The notes under the pieces are model-generated. The model saw only the letters and a list, made by a program, of their open reading frames with translations, ran no database searches and was not told where the DNA came from. 64,000 bases of DNA from NCBI GenBank assembly GCA_963805625.1, contig CAWDVE010000016.1:32001-96000 (forward strand), given 5' to 3'. The position numbers were made by a program, and so were the translations under genes. Shown one piece after another: positions 48,504-58,663 of this stretch (the stretch's first letter is position 1; each line of letters begins with the position of its first letter). The DNA comes from an uncultured Candidatus Rokubacteria bacterium (GTDB taxonomy: Bacteria > Methylomirabilota > Methylomirabilia > Rokubacteriales > DASRDR01).

Positions 48504-49034
48504 TCAGGGTCGGCTGAGGTGCATCTCGAGGAGATTGCCGATGATCTCCGAGAGGCCGTAGACGAGCGTGAGTCGGTTCTGGACGTTCCCCGACTGAATG
48601 TCCAGGGCCGCGCGCTCTAGGGAAGTGAGCTCCTGCAAGGCCTCGTCGCCCGTAACCTTCCCCGAGACGGAGAGCTTCACGACCTGAGGCCCGGCCGCAG
48701 TGGTGATCTGGGTGGCGAACTTCGGATTGTTGACCGTGATCGCGCGGTTACCGTCGATCCGGGCGGGTAGGATGACGCCCAGGACCTGGAGCGATCCTTG
48801 GGGGGCGCGCAATACTTCCTGGTGCATCCTGAGCCACCCGGCCGTGTCGTAAATCTCCGCCACGAGGATGATGTCGACGTCGGGCAGATCAGACTTGGCG
48901 TACGCGGCTGACGCTCCGGCGAGAGATACGGCCATCACCGCCAGGAGGAGCGTGACGCGTCCTCGTCCCGTCAGTAGCGCGGCTGCCTTGCCGAAGTCGA
49001 GCCGGAGCGCGGGGGCCATGAAACGCAGGTTCAC
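48504..49034 (-). CDS. Hypothetical secreted protein
   Basis: GAGGAGG RBS, signal-like LLLAVMAVSLAGASAAYA, protein-like composition. Confidence 0.6.
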   Translation of the reverse strand: MNLRFMAPALRLDFGKAAALLTGRGRVTLLLAVMAVSLAGASAAYAKSDLPDVDIILVAEIYDTAGWLRMHQEVLRAPQGSLQVLGVILPARIDGNRAITVNNPKFATQITTAAGPQVVKLSVSGKVTGDEALQELTSLERAALDIQSGNVQNRLTLVYGLSEIIGNLLEMHLSRP

Positions 49035-49706
49035 TCACCTCCTCTCGGCACGCATGCAAGAGGAAGGCCTGCGTGGGAACGATTCGGAACCTACTGTCTG
49101 ACGCGGCCTGAGCCTGCCCTCCCGGCGATCGCCCCTCCGCGCGGCGCCCGATCGCTGACAATTTGCGGCACTCGTGTCACGCTAGCGTCACACGTCGGGC
49201 GTGGCCAGACAGGCGAGTCCTACGGCTGTTCAAGCGGCTGGGATCATCCCTTGGAACTGTCGGGTAAAGCGTCCCGGACCCGTCGGGGACACCAGCATCG
49301 GCGCGGGCCGCTGACTTCCGACGACCGGGGGCGGCAGCTCCAAGCGACGTCAAAGCAAGGGCGCCGATGCGGGCCGCCGGACCGGCCTGCAAGCTCTGCT
49401 TCTGACCGGAGCGGTGGTCGTCTCGTACCCGGGCCGGCTGCGGGCAGCCCCAGGCCGGCGCGTCCCGAGAAGTGTGACGTCCTGGTGGCAGGGCCCAAGA
49501 GTGTGGAGAGCGGTGCTGCTGAAGATCAGGACCTTGTGGGGAGCGGTCTAGGCTAATAGGTTGATTCCAAGACAGGAAGGGAGGTTCAAGACAGCCGCTC
49601 CAGGGCCCTCCAGCCTGCAACGGGCTATTTCCATCGAGGTCGGGCCGCTGCTCGTGCTGGCGGAGCGCCCCGCGTGGCCCGGGGGCTGGGGTCGGAGGGC
49701 TGTTGG

Positions 49707-50600
49707 CTACAGGCGCGAGCGAGCCATCGGGTCAAGCAGGTCGCGCAACCCGTCCCCGAGCATGTTGAAGCCCAACACGGCCAGGAAGATCATCGTCGCA
49801 GGTGCCAGCACGAACCACGGTGCGATCTCAAGATACTGAAAGCCGATCTGCACCATCGAACCCCAGGCGGGCGTGGGTGGCTGCGCCCCCAGGCCGATGA
49901 AGCTGAGACTCGATTCGATGATGATGGCGAAGCCGACGCCCAGCGACGCCTGCACGATCACCGGATCGACGACGTTGGGCAGAACGTGCCGCGCCAGGAT
50001 CAGCCGAGTCGGTACGCCCAGAGCGTGTGCGGCTTGGACATACTCGGTGTGCTTGACCGACAGCACCTGGCCGCGCACCAGGCGCGTGAAGATGGGCACC
50101 AGCACGATCGCGATGGCGATCATGCCGTTGATCAGGCCCAGGCGCAGCACGGCGGCGATGGTCAGTGCTAGCACCAGGGCGGGCAGGGCCATGACGCTGT
50201 CGAGCAAGCGCATCAGCGCCTCGTCCACCGTCGCGCCCAGATAGCCCGTGATCAGCCCCAATGGTACGCCGGCGGCCAGGGCGAGCAGCACGGACGTGAC
50301 GCCGATGCCCAGCGATACCCGTGCTCCGTGGAGCAGCCGGCTGAGAAGGTCGCGTCCGAGATCGTCGGTGCCGAGGGGATGCGCGGCGCTGGGACCGGCT
50401 AGCATCGCGCGGTAGTCGATGGCGTTGGGGTCGAACGGTGCCAGCCAGGGCGCGAACAAGGCCATCGCCAGTTCCACGATCACGAGGATCAACCCAGTGA
50501 GGGCCAGCCGATGACGCGCCATGCGACGCATCGCCCCGGCCGGAGGTAGTAGCCGGGTGGTCGTGCGCCTGGCTGGCCCGTCGGCAGCGATCCGCACCAC
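49707..50600 (-). CDS. Peptide/nickel ABC permease (DppC-like)
   Basis: HPLGTDDLGRD and ESSLSFIGLG...PAWG motifs. Confidence 0.9.
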   Translation of the reverse strand: MVRIAADGPARRTTTRLLPPAGAMRRMARHRLALTGLILVIVELAMALFAPWLAPFDPNAIDYRAMLAGPSAAHPLGTDDLGRDLLSRLLHGARVSLGIGVTSVLLALAAGVPLGLITGYLGATVDEALMRLLDSVMALPALVLALTIAAVLRLGLINGMIAIAIVLVPIFTRLVRGQVLSVKHTEYVQAAHALGVPTRLILARHVLPNVVDPVIVQASLGVGFAIIIESSLSFIGLGAQPPTPAWGSMVQIGFQYLEIAPWFVLAPATMIFLAVLGFNMLGDGLRDLLDPMARSRL

Positions 50601-50608
50601 GCTCCGCC

Positions 50609-51562
50609 TCACGCTTTGCGGATGCGCGGGTCGAGCACGCCATAGGTGAGGTCGACCAAGAGGTTGGCCAGTGTGACGGCCGCCGTAATGAACAGTACGA
50701 CCGCCTGCACCAAGGGATAGTCTCGGCTCAGGATCGAATCGACCATCAACCGACCCACGCCCGGCACGGCGAAAATCGTCTCGGTAATGACGGCGCCGCT
50801 GAACAGGGCGCCGAGCTGGATACCGAGGATCGTCACCACCGGCAGCATCGCGTTCTTGAACGCGTGCGACCGGATCACCCCGCCTTCGCTCAGGCCCTTG
50901 GCGCGGGCGGTCCTGATATAGGCGTGCTGCAGCACATCGATGAAACTGGCGCGGGTCTGGCGTGTGATCGTCGAGGCCAGCCAGAGCGCGAGCGTCAGCG
51001 CCGGCAGGATCGTGGTCTTGACGCTGTGCACCGGATCGATGAAGGGCGAGACGTACCCCGACGCCGGGAGCATGCGCCAGCGCATGGCGACGAAATAGAT
51101 CAACACCCCACCGGTCAGGAAATACGGCATCGCCGCGCCGACCAGGGATCCGATCGTCCCGAGCCAGTCCTTCCACGTACTCTGCTCGGCGGCGCTCACG
51201 ATGCCCACGGGCACCGCGACCAGGATCGCCAACGCCCAGGCGGTCAGCCCGATCTGAGCGGTCGGCAGGATGCGAGGCCGCAGCACGTCCCAGGCCGGCT
51301 GGCGGCTGATGATCGAGCGGCCCAGGTCGCCCGATAGAAGCTTGCCGATCCAGGCGAGGTATTGGAGGTGGATCGGCTGGTCGAGGCCATATTGCCGCCG
51401 CATCTGCTGGACCGCCTCGTTGCTCACGTCCGCGCTGGCCTGGTACACGATCATCAGCACCGGATCACCCGGCAGGAGACGCATCAGCAGGAAAACGATG
51501 ATGCTCGTGAGGAGGATGACGGGAATCGTGGCGAACAGCCGCTGGACGATGTATGTCGCCAC
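50609..51562 (-). CDS. Peptide/nickel ABC permease (DppB-like)
   Basis: LPGDP, GDLGRS, YIRTARAKGL and RDYP motifs. Confidence 0.92.
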   Translation of the reverse strand: MATYIVQRLFATIPVILLTSIIVFLLMRLLPGDPVLMIVYQASADVSNEAVQQMRRQYGLDQPIHLQYLAWIGKLLSGDLGRSIISRQPAWDVLRPRILPTAQIGLTAWALAILVAVPVGIVSAAEQSTWKDWLGTIGSLVGAAMPYFLTGGVLIYFVAMRWRMLPASGYVSPFIDPVHSVKTTILPALTLALWLASTITRQTRASFIDVLQHAYIRTARAKGLSEGGVIRSHAFKNAMLPVVTILGIQLGALFSGAVITETIFAVPGVGRLMVDSILSRDYPLVQAVVLFITAAVTLANLLVDLTYGVLDPRIRKA

Positions 51563-51581
51563 GCCGAGTTCCGCGCCGTGG

Positions 51582-51932
51582 TTATGGCACGGGCACTGGT
51601 TCGCAGCGGTCGCTGTCCGTGCGGGTGAACAGGAGAACCCGTCCCTGCGGAGTCTTCAGGTATACGCGCGTTTCCTCGCCCTCGTACTCCAGCGGCGGGC
51701 GGTCGGAGCTCCTGAGGAACCGATCCATATCGGCTTCCGACTTCCACGTCGTGATGCTGTACCCCTTCGACCGATCCTTCTTCGAGAACAGGATGGCCCT
51801 CGAGACGAATCCCTTCGCTTTGCGCGCCAGTTCAGTGTTCCTCTTGAGCAGCCACAGCGCCTGCTCGCGGTTGGCCTCGTTGACGATGTGCAGGGTGACC
51901 AGCGTGATCATCGGCTCTTCCCCGGCTGACAT
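51582..51932 (-). CDS. Antibiotic biosynthesis monooxygenase (ABM)-like protein
   Basis: KGFVSR...YSITTWKSEADM pattern. Confidence 0.65.
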   Translation of the reverse strand: MSAGEEPMITLVTLHIVNEANREQALWLLKRNTELARKAKGFVSRAILFSKKDRSKGYSITTWKSEADMDRFLRSSDRPPLEYEGEETRVYLKTPQGRVLLFTRTDSDRCEPVPVP

Positions 51933-52080
51933 CTCCTCATGAAGTGGTCCCGTCTCCGCTATCGCGGCGATGCGACGGCCCGCGATGCAATACCCCGGAG
52001 GGCGGCGCTACGAGCTGGAAGCGTGCAGTACCCGGCTGGCCGCCCTGGCCCGGGCTGTAGAGGTCTCCGGCGTGAGGCGC

Positions 52081-53637
52081 TCAGCTCTCCAGCCAGATCT
52101 CATCGAAGTGGGTGATGGCGTCCTGCGCGTGGACAAAGCCCTTCACGTTCGAATGCAGCCCCTTGAAGTCGGAGCTGTAGTGCCAGGGCACGTACACGGC
52201 GTCCTCGTTCATCAGCTCCGAGATCTGCCGGAACACCTTGCGACGCTCCGCCTCGGTGCGCGCCGCGCGTTCCGCGAGGATCAACTCGTCCATCTTCGGG
52301 TTGCTGTAGGAGTGGTACTTGGCGTAGGAGCCCGAAGAGTGGAGTAGGATGCCCAGGTACTGGTCCGGGTCTGGCCGATATCCCCACCAGCCGAACAAGT
52401 CGATGGCCATCTTTCCGGCGCGCAACTGGTCGCGATAGCCGGCGGAGTCGATCTGCTCGATGTTCACCTTGACGCCAAGCTCCGCGGCGGTGGCCTGGAA
52501 CAGCTGCCCCGCACGCTGTTTGACCGGGTCGGGCTGCAGGGGGGCCTGGATGGTGACGGGGGCGCCGATTCCCGACTCCGCGATCAGCTTCTTAGCCATG
52601 TTCAGGTCGCGCTTGAACGGCGTGTAGTTCGGGTCGTGGAACGGGCTGCCTGGCATGATGCCGTCGTAGCCGATCGAGCCCGTGCCGAAATACGCCACCT
52701 GGTGCAGCGCCTCGCGGTCGATCGCCCACTGGAACGCCTGTCGGAACTTCTTGGACCGACCAGGGTAGGCCTCGGCGAGATTGAAACCGAAGTACTCCCA
52801 GCGGAAACCGATCTTCTCGGAGACGACGATCTCCTTGGACTGGCGCAGGCGCTGCACATCCTGCAGCGGCAGCGCCTCGGCAAGTTGCACGCCACCCGCG
52901 CGCAGCTCGGCGAGCCGCGTGCTGTCGGTCGGGATCGGGCGCAGCACTACCCGGTCGAGATACGGCTTGCCCTTGTCCCAATAGTCGCCGTTCTTCTCGA
53001 GCACGGTCCGGTTGTCCTTGGCGTACTCCGCCATCCTGAACGGCCCGGCGCCTACCGGATGCAGACTGTAATCCGCGCCCCATCTCTGGAGCGCGGCCGG
53101 GGAGCCGACGCAGCCCGTCACGTCGGTGAACGGGAACAGGAACGCCGCGAACGGCGACTTCAGCGTCAACTTGACCGTGCGCGTGTCTACTACCTCAACG
53201 GTGTCGAGGGTGCTGATCTCGCCGGCGCGGATGCCACCGGCGGCGGTGGTCTTGGGGTCGCGGATGCGGTCGATGTTGAACTTGACCGCCGCAGCGTCGA
53301 GCGGCGTGCCGTCTTGGAACTTCAGGTTGGCCCTCAGCCTCAGCACGAAGGTCCTGTCGTCGGGCTGCTCCCAGGACTCGACCAGGCCGGGCGCGAGGCG
53401 ACCTTGGGCGTTCACGCGGAACAGCGTGTCGTGGATCGCACGCGTGGCAGCGCGGCCCTGGAGGTTGCCCGTGAAATGCGGGTCAAAGGTCAACGGATCG
53501 GCAAAGATTGCGGCCGTCAGTGTGCCGCCCCGCTTGACCGCCCCGGGGGCGACCTGCGCGAGACCGGCACGCGGAACCCACAAGGCGCTCGCAGCGCTGG
53601 CCGTCATGGCCTTGAGAAAGCCTCTCCTGGTTAGCAT
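52081..53637 (-). CDS. Family 5 ABC substrate-binding protein with Tat signal
   Basis: MLTRRGFLK signal; KFQDGTP and PVGAGPF motifs. Confidence 0.9.
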   Translation of the reverse strand: MLTRRGFLKAMTASAASALWVPRAGLAQVAPGAVKRGGTLTAAIFADPLTFDPHFTGNLQGRAATRAIHDTLFRVNAQGRLAPGLVESWEQPDDRTFVLRLRANLKFQDGTPLDAAAVKFNIDRIRDPKTTAAGGIRAGEISTLDTVEVVDTRTVKLTLKSPFAAFLFPFTDVTGCVGSPAALQRWGADYSLHPVGAGPFRMAEYAKDNRTVLEKNGDYWDKGKPYLDRVVLRPIPTDSTRLAELRAGGVQLAEALPLQDVQRLRQSKEIVVSEKIGFRWEYFGFNLAEAYPGRSKKFRQAFQWAIDREALHQVAYFGTGSIGYDGIMPGSPFHDPNYTPFKRDLNMAKKLIAESGIGAPVTIQAPLQPDPVKQRAGQLFQATAAELGVKVNIEQIDSAGYRDQLRAGKMAIDLFGWWGYRPDPDQYLGILLHSSGSYAKYHSYSNPKMDELILAERAARTEAERRKVFRQISELMNEDAVYVPWHYSSDFKGLHSNVKGFVHAQDAITHFDEIWLES

Positions 53638-53961
53638 GGTCGAGGACCTCCCGGGGGTGATGGGTCTTCGTTCAGGCGTCTCTCGCCATCGAACGCCACG
53701 CGGGCTGGCCCGCCGTGGCCGAGGCCGCGGATTCCGGTCGATTATATCAAGAGGCAGACTCGGGCGGCGGCCTTTCAACGATGGTTCTGCGACGCAGTTG
53801 ACCGAGCGGCGCTTTGCGAGATGCTAGACCGCGCGACTGAGATGTCTCGCTTCCGGCGGCCACCGCGGCGGTCTTACGACGGTCAGCCGGCGGTTCGGGG
53901 GGGGTTGCACGAAGCAAGCCGCTCTGACATGGGCCTGTCACACCGCTGCAGGTGGCGCGGG

Positions 53962-53977
53962 CGCAGGCGTCGTGCCA
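53962..53977 (-). promoter_or_regulatory. sigma54-like promoter for the ABC operon
   Basis: TGGCACGACGCCTGCG on the minus strand. Confidence 0.5.
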
Positions 53978-54130
53978 GGCGCCGCGACGCGCCGACCGAC
54001 ATGAGGGCAGAATCAGAGTAGTCCGTGGTCTCGGCACGCTATATCTTGGAGGCGGCGGTTTCCGGGATCTAACCCTTTTTCGCAGCACCTTGCGGCATGC
54101 GCTGCAGGGACCAGATGAAAGGATTACGCC

Positions 54131-54349
54131 ATGCCGGTCGTTCGTGTCGCCTTCTATCAGGGGCGTTCGGTCGAGAAGAAGCGAGCCATCGCCGAAGCTA
54201 TCACCGATGCGCTCGTCCGCATCGGCGGATCGCAGCGCAGCGGTGTACACGTGATCTTCGAGAACATCGCCAGAGAGGACTGGGTGATCGGCGGTGCGCC
54301 TGAATTCGGGAGCCCCGCGATGAAGTCCGAGCAGCCGACGACTGGGTAG
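54131..54349 (+). CDS. 4-oxalocrotonate tautomerase family protein
   Basis: N-terminal Pro; GRSVEKKR...VHVIFE...WVIGG. Confidence 0.9.
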   Translation: MPVVRVAFYQGRSVEKKRAIAEAITDALVRIGGSQRSGVHVIFENIAREDWVIGGAPEFGSPAMKSEQPTTG

Positions 54350-54375
54350 TTCAACGCCCGTTGCGCGGGGAGGAA

Positions 54376-55425
54376 ATGCCGGTGCGCCCGGTTCTCAGCG
54401 TCTTACTGAATGCCGAGTACTCCACCTCCAGGCTCGTCGATCTAGGGCGGGTCAGCGAAGACGTCGGGTATCACGGCCTGTGGTACACCGATCTCCGCTT
54501 CGCTCACGACTGCTTCATCGGGCTGGCGGCAATCGCGCCCAAGACCCGCAGGATCCTGTTGGGGCCGGGCGTTGTCGATCCCTACTCGCGCCATCCCTCC
54601 GCGATCGCGAGTGCCATCGCCACGTTGGACGAGATGACTGGCGGCCGCGCGATCCTGGGGCTCGGCGTCGGAGGTCAGGGCCTCCGGCAACTGGGCATCG
54701 AGCACAAGCTGCCTGTGGCGGCGATGCGCGAGGCGGTCGAGATGATCCGCGGCCTGCTCGGCGGCGCGGAGTACTCGGCGCAGGGCAAGGTGATCTCGCT
54801 GAGTCCGGCAAAGCTGTCGGTCGAGCCAGTGCAGAAGCGCGTGCCGATCTATTTCGCCACGCACGGAGCCCAGGTCACCAAGCTGGCCGGGGAGGTGGCC
54901 GACGGCGTGCTGATCGCTAACACGCTGAACCTGACGGCCTTCGACTTCTACGTGAAGCAGCTCGAGGCGGGAATGGCCAAGGCAAATCGCCCCGCCGGCT
55001 CGGTAGATGTGGGCTTACGGGTCGAGGCCTGCATCGCGGACGAAGACGAAGCTGCCTTTGCCATCATGCGTCGGCGCGTGGCCTCGCGCGTGCTGGCGCA
55101 GTATCCGCACTGGGAGTATCTCGACTCGATCGGCATCCGGCTGCCCGAAGCGTTCGTCGAGATCGCCAAGCGGCCCGATCGGGCCAAGGCGGATGCTGAA
55201 GCGGCGCCGCTGATGCCACGGGAGGTTGTGGAGTCAATGGTGCTGGCGGGCAATCCGGAACGGTGCGCCGAGCAGCTCGCCCGAGGGCTAGGCCCCAAGG
55301 TCACGCACCTGACCGTGCGCCCGCACGCCGTGCCCGGCCAGGACGTGGCCGACGTCATCCGCGCTTTCGCACAGGACGTTGTGCCGCGCGTCCTTCGGAT
55401 GAAGAGGACGGGTACCGGCTCCTGA
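54376..55425 (+). CDS. LLM-class flavin/F420-dependent oxidoreductase
   Basis: GPGVVDPYSRHP...TLDEMTGGRAILGLG and AGEVADG motifs. Confidence 0.9.
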   Translation: MPVRPVLSVLLNAEYSTSRLVDLGRVSEDVGYHGLWYTDLRFAHDCFIGLAAIAPKTRRILLGPGVVDPYSRHPSAIASAIATLDEMTGGRAILGLGVGGQGLRQLGIEHKLPVAAMREAVEMIRGLLGGAEYSAQGKVISLSPAKLSVEPVQKRVPIYFATHGAQVTKLAGEVADGVLIANTLNLTAFDFYVKQLEAGMAKANRPAGSVDVGLRVEACIADEDEAAFAIMRRRVASRVLAQYPHWEYLDSIGIRLPEAFVEIAKRPDRAKADAEAAPLMPREVVESMVLAGNPERCAEQLARGLGPKVTHLTVRPHAVPGQDVADVIRAFAQDVVPRVLRMKRTGTGS

Positions 55426-55533
55426 CCGGAACTCTGGTAGTGCGCGACGTCAGATCCTTCCGGGGGGTGGACGGACAACCCGCGGACGGTAAGGGATGAG
55501 TGTGTCACGCGCGGCGCGACCACCGGGAGCCAG

Positions 55534-57939
55534 TCAGGGATAGAGCAGGTACGGCGCCCGGCGCGCCTCGAACGCGACCTCGTCGGATTCGAGCCAGCGC
55601 CATACGCTGGCCATCGGGTCCCCGCGCAGGAAGGCCCAGATGGTGGTGCGGTTGACGAGGAGGTCCTGGATCGCCGCGGACCGGTAAGCCGAGTAGCGAG
55701 CCGCAAGCGTACGCCCGAGCACCAGGCCGAGCCGGACGGGCCGGAGCGTCTCCCGGTCCATGACGACGACGCGGACGCCGCCGATTCGCTGGCCCGCGTA
55801 CTCACTCGTCGTCGGCGTGAACCAGACGGGCTCGAACCGGACCCCGGGGAGACCGGCGGCCGACATAGCATCCGCAAGCGCCGGAGGATCCGTGATCCAG
55901 GGCGCCCCCACGAGCTCGAAGGGAGTCGCCGTCCCGCGGCCCACGGACACGTTGCTCGCCTCCAGGAGGCCGAGGCCCGCATAGAGGAGCGCCTCCCCGG
56001 GCGAGCGGATGTTCGGCGAGGGGTTCACCCACGGCAGTCCCGTCTGGTCGAACCACTGCTGGCGCCGCCAGCCTTCCAGGGCGACCACAGTCAGGGAAAC
56101 CGGCAGGTGGCGTTCGCCCGCGACGAGTCGCGCAAACTCGCCCATCGTCAGTCCCGTGCGGACCGGCACCGGGTGGGCTGCGGTGAATGAGCGCAGGTCG
56201 GGGTCCATCAGCGGCCCCTCGATGTACCGGCCGGTGATGGGATTCGGCCGGTCCAGGACCACGACCCTCACCCCCCGGCGACTGGCCTCCTCGAGGAGGT
56301 ACACGAGCGTCGTCAGGTACGTGTAGTAACGAACGCCGATGTCCTGAAGATCCACGACGACGGTGTCGACACCGGCCAGCATCGCCGGAGTGGGCCGCCG
56401 GTCGGAGCCATACAGGCTCCAGACAGGCAGTCCCGTGAGCGGGTCACGTCCATGCGGGATCGCGCGGTCCGCCGCCCCGTCGAGCCCATGCTCGGGGACC
56501 AGGATCGCCCGGAGCCGCACGCCCGGAGCGGCCGAAACGAGGTCGATCCCTCGCCGCCCGCTGGCATCGAGCCCGCTCTGGTTCGTGAGGAGCGCCACCG
56601 TCCGTCCGTTGAGAGAGCGGAAGCCGTCTGCGACGAGACGGTCCAGGCCTGTCCGGACCGCCTCCGGCTCGCCGACGGGGGCGGCGGTGGGCTCGGGACC
56701 TCCCGACCCGCGCGTGAGCGTCGCAGGAGGCGCGCTGCCGAACAGCGCGGCGCCGATTGCGCTGCTCGTCGCCCGCCGGAGCTCGGCGATCCGCCCCTGA
56801 CCGGCCGGATGGACGCGGCTCGTCAGCAGCACGAGATAGGTGCGGCTCGCGGGATCCAGCCAGAGCGCCGTGCCCGTGTAGCCGGTGTGCCCGATCGAAC
56901 CGGAAGGGAAGAATAGACCGAGCGTCCGAGCGTACGGCGAGGCCATGTCCCATCCGAGGGTCCGCGTCACCTCTCCGACGCTGTGTGGCTCGAACATGAG
57001 GCGCACCGTGCCCTCTTGCAGGACCCGGCGCCCGTCCAGGACCCCCCCGGCCAGGAGCATCCGGCAGAACCGTGCAAGATCATCCGCGGTGGCGAAGAGC
57101 CCGGCATGCCCCGCCACGCCTCCCAGCATGCGTGCGTGGGGGTCGTGCACCTCGCCGCGCAGGGACAGGCCGCGTACGCGCTCCGTCGGCGCGATCCGGC
57201 TGCGCCAGGCCGCCGGCGGCCGGAACGCCGTCGACCGCATCCCGAGGGGCTCGTATAGCCGACGGCGGGCGAACTCGTCGAGCCCGATCCCGCTGACCCG
57301 GCGCACGAGCTCTCCCAGTACGATGAACCCGGAATCGACGTACTGGAAGGTCTCGCCGGGTGGGGCCGTGGGAGCGAGGCGGGCAAGGGTCCGGAGGTAG
57401 CCGGCCAGGGTGAGCGGCGATTCGAGGCGCCCTGCCAGCTCGGGTAGGCCGGAAGTGTGGAGGAGCAAGCGTCGTGGCGTCACCCCCTTCCAGCCCGCCT
57501 CCGCGAGCTCTGGCACGTATCGACCGACCGGGGCGTCCAGGTCGAGTCGGCCCTCTTCCCAGAGAGCGAGCACGGCCGGGGTCGTCGCGACGACCTTGGT
57601 CAGCGAGGCCAGGTCGAACACAGAGTCCGGTGAGATCGGCTCGCGGGTGGGCTCGATCGCCCGCCAGCCTAGCGAGGCTCGATAGAGCACCCGGTCGTCC
57701 CGACCCACGACGAAGACGGCGCCGGGAATGTCACCCGCGACGAGGGCATCGCGGATCGCCGTATCCAGGGTCGCTGCGGGAAGGGCGGTGCTGTCCCGAC
57801 CGTCGTCGGCTCGCGCCGAGCCCACGACCCCGAGGCAGCCGGCCAGCACCCAGACAGGCCAGCGCGGGAAACCCGCCATACGCAGGATGCTACACTCCGG
57901 GCCCGATGGGGCCAAATCGAAGGTCCATACCCTGACCAT
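55534..57939 (-). CDS. Serine hydrolase (beta-lactamase fold) fused to DUF1343/NamZ exo-beta-N-acetylmuramidase
   Basis: FDLASLTK, HTSGL, GHTGYTG; then TNQSG, PEHG, DLQDIGVRYYTY, LDRPNP and PSPN; start approximate. Confidence 0.88.
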   Translation of the reverse strand: MVRVWTFDLAPSGPECSILRMAGFPRWPVWVLAGCLGVVGSARADDGRDSTALPAATLDTAIRDALVAGDIPGAVFVVGRDDRVLYRASLGWRAIEPTREPISPDSVFDLASLTKVVATTPAVLALWEEGRLDLDAPVGRYVPELAEAGWKGVTPRRLLLHTSGLPELAGRLESPLTLAGYLRTLARLAPTAPPGETFQYVDSGFIVLGELVRRVSGIGLDEFARRRLYEPLGMRSTAFRPPAAWRSRIAPTERVRGLSLRGEVHDPHARMLGGVAGHAGLFATADDLARFCRMLLAGGVLDGRRVLQEGTVRLMFEPHSVGEVTRTLGWDMASPYARTLGLFFPSGSIGHTGYTGTALWLDPASRTYLVLLTSRVHPAGQGRIAELRRATSSAIGAALFGSAPPATLTRGSGGPEPTAAPVGEPEAVRTGLDRLVADGFRSLNGRTVALLTNQSGLDASGRRGIDLVSAAPGVRLRAILVPEHGLDGAADRAIPHGRDPLTGLPVWSLYGSDRRPTPAMLAGVDTVVVDLQDIGVRYYTYLTTLVYLLEEASRRGVRVVVLDRPNPITGRYIEGPLMDPDLRSFTAAHPVPVRTGLTMGEFARLVAGERHLPVSLTVVALEGWRRQQWFDQTGLPWVNPSPNIRSPGEALLYAGLGLLEASNVSVGRGTATPFELVGAPWITDPPALADAMSAAGLPGVRFEPVWFTPTTSEYAGQRIGGVRVVVMDRETLRPVRLGLVLGRTLAARYSAYRSAAIQDLLVNRTTIWAFLRGDPMASVWRWLESDEVAFEARRAPYLLYP

Positions 57940-58033
57940 CCTGCCGGGGGAATGTGATCACCCACGCCGTCGTGGCGACACCGCGCTGGTCTTCGACGTG
58001 TTGCGCTATCCCCCGCCGCCAGGGACTAGCAGA

Positions 58034-58055
58034 AGTCCAAGTCTAGTCCAAGTCT
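58034..58055. repeat. Perfect 11-bp tandem repeat (arm-type-site-like)
   Basis: AGTCCAAGTCT x2, about 140 bp beyond the tRNA-Leu half. Confidence 0.7.
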
Positions 58056-58192
58056 GTAGCACGCTGAGTGAGACGCCGTGTCACTCAGGCCCGTAGTGCT
58101 GTCCCAGTCAACGAGCCCGAAGCGAGCATGGACACGTGCGATTCGTGACAGGAAGCGAGTAAGAGTGAGACGAAGTGAGAGGCACAGAACGC

Positions 58193-58233
58193 GATTCTGA
58201 ATCCGGCGCGTCCGCCAGTTCCGCCCATCCCGC
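58193..58233 (-). other. 5' half of a tRNA-Leu(CAG) (att-like relic)
   Basis: GCGGGATGGGCGGAACTGGCGGACGCGCCGGATTCAGAATC; ends 2 nt after the anticodon loop; no T arm follows. Confidence 0.7.
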
Positions 58234-58376
58234 CTCGCTGGTCCCTCTCCCGATGGTCCCCTGGTCCTTCTCGCCCCAGGGGCTGCTGGCGCCCCGCAGG
58301 CCACGATTTTTCACGCGCCCTCGGGAGCGTCCATCGGAGCGAGTGGCGCGCGGCGTGATCAGGACGGCCTACCACC

Positions 58377-58574
58377 TTATCTCTTCGGCCCCTGCTGGGC
58401 GCGGTACGCTTCGCCCTGCGCTCGGTCAGTCTCGTCGACATATTGCTCGGGGTGCGCGTCGAACCTTCGCTTGCACTCGGTCGAGCAGAAGTAGAAGGTC
58501 TGTCCCTCGTACTCGGATTGGGCTTCCGCCGAAGCGGGATTCACTTCCATCTTGCAGACCGGATCGAGCCCCAT
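58377..58574 (-). CDS. YHS-domain protein
   Basis: DPVCKMEV...YEGQTFYFCSTECKRRF. Confidence 0.9.
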   Translation of the reverse strand: MGLDPVCKMEVNPASAEAQSEYEGQTFYFCSTECKRRFDAHPEQYVDETDRAQGEAYRAQQGPKR

Positions 58575-58663
58575 GGTGTTCCTCCCTCGGGGATGGCCGT
58601 GGTAAACGGGGGCGCGGGCACCCGCGACGCCGCAGCGTCCGCGCCCCCTACAGGCAAGCGGAA

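Noticed and set aside
49040-49700. Long intergenic region as a possible riboswitch or ncRNA
   Set aside because: I could not recognise a conserved motif by eye; an Rfam/Infernal search would be needed.
55534-57939. Beta-lactamase-fold/NamZ fusion as a novelty or resistance gene
   Set aside because: This fusion is a known peptidoglycan-recycling architecture; an SxxK motif alone does not imply resistance.
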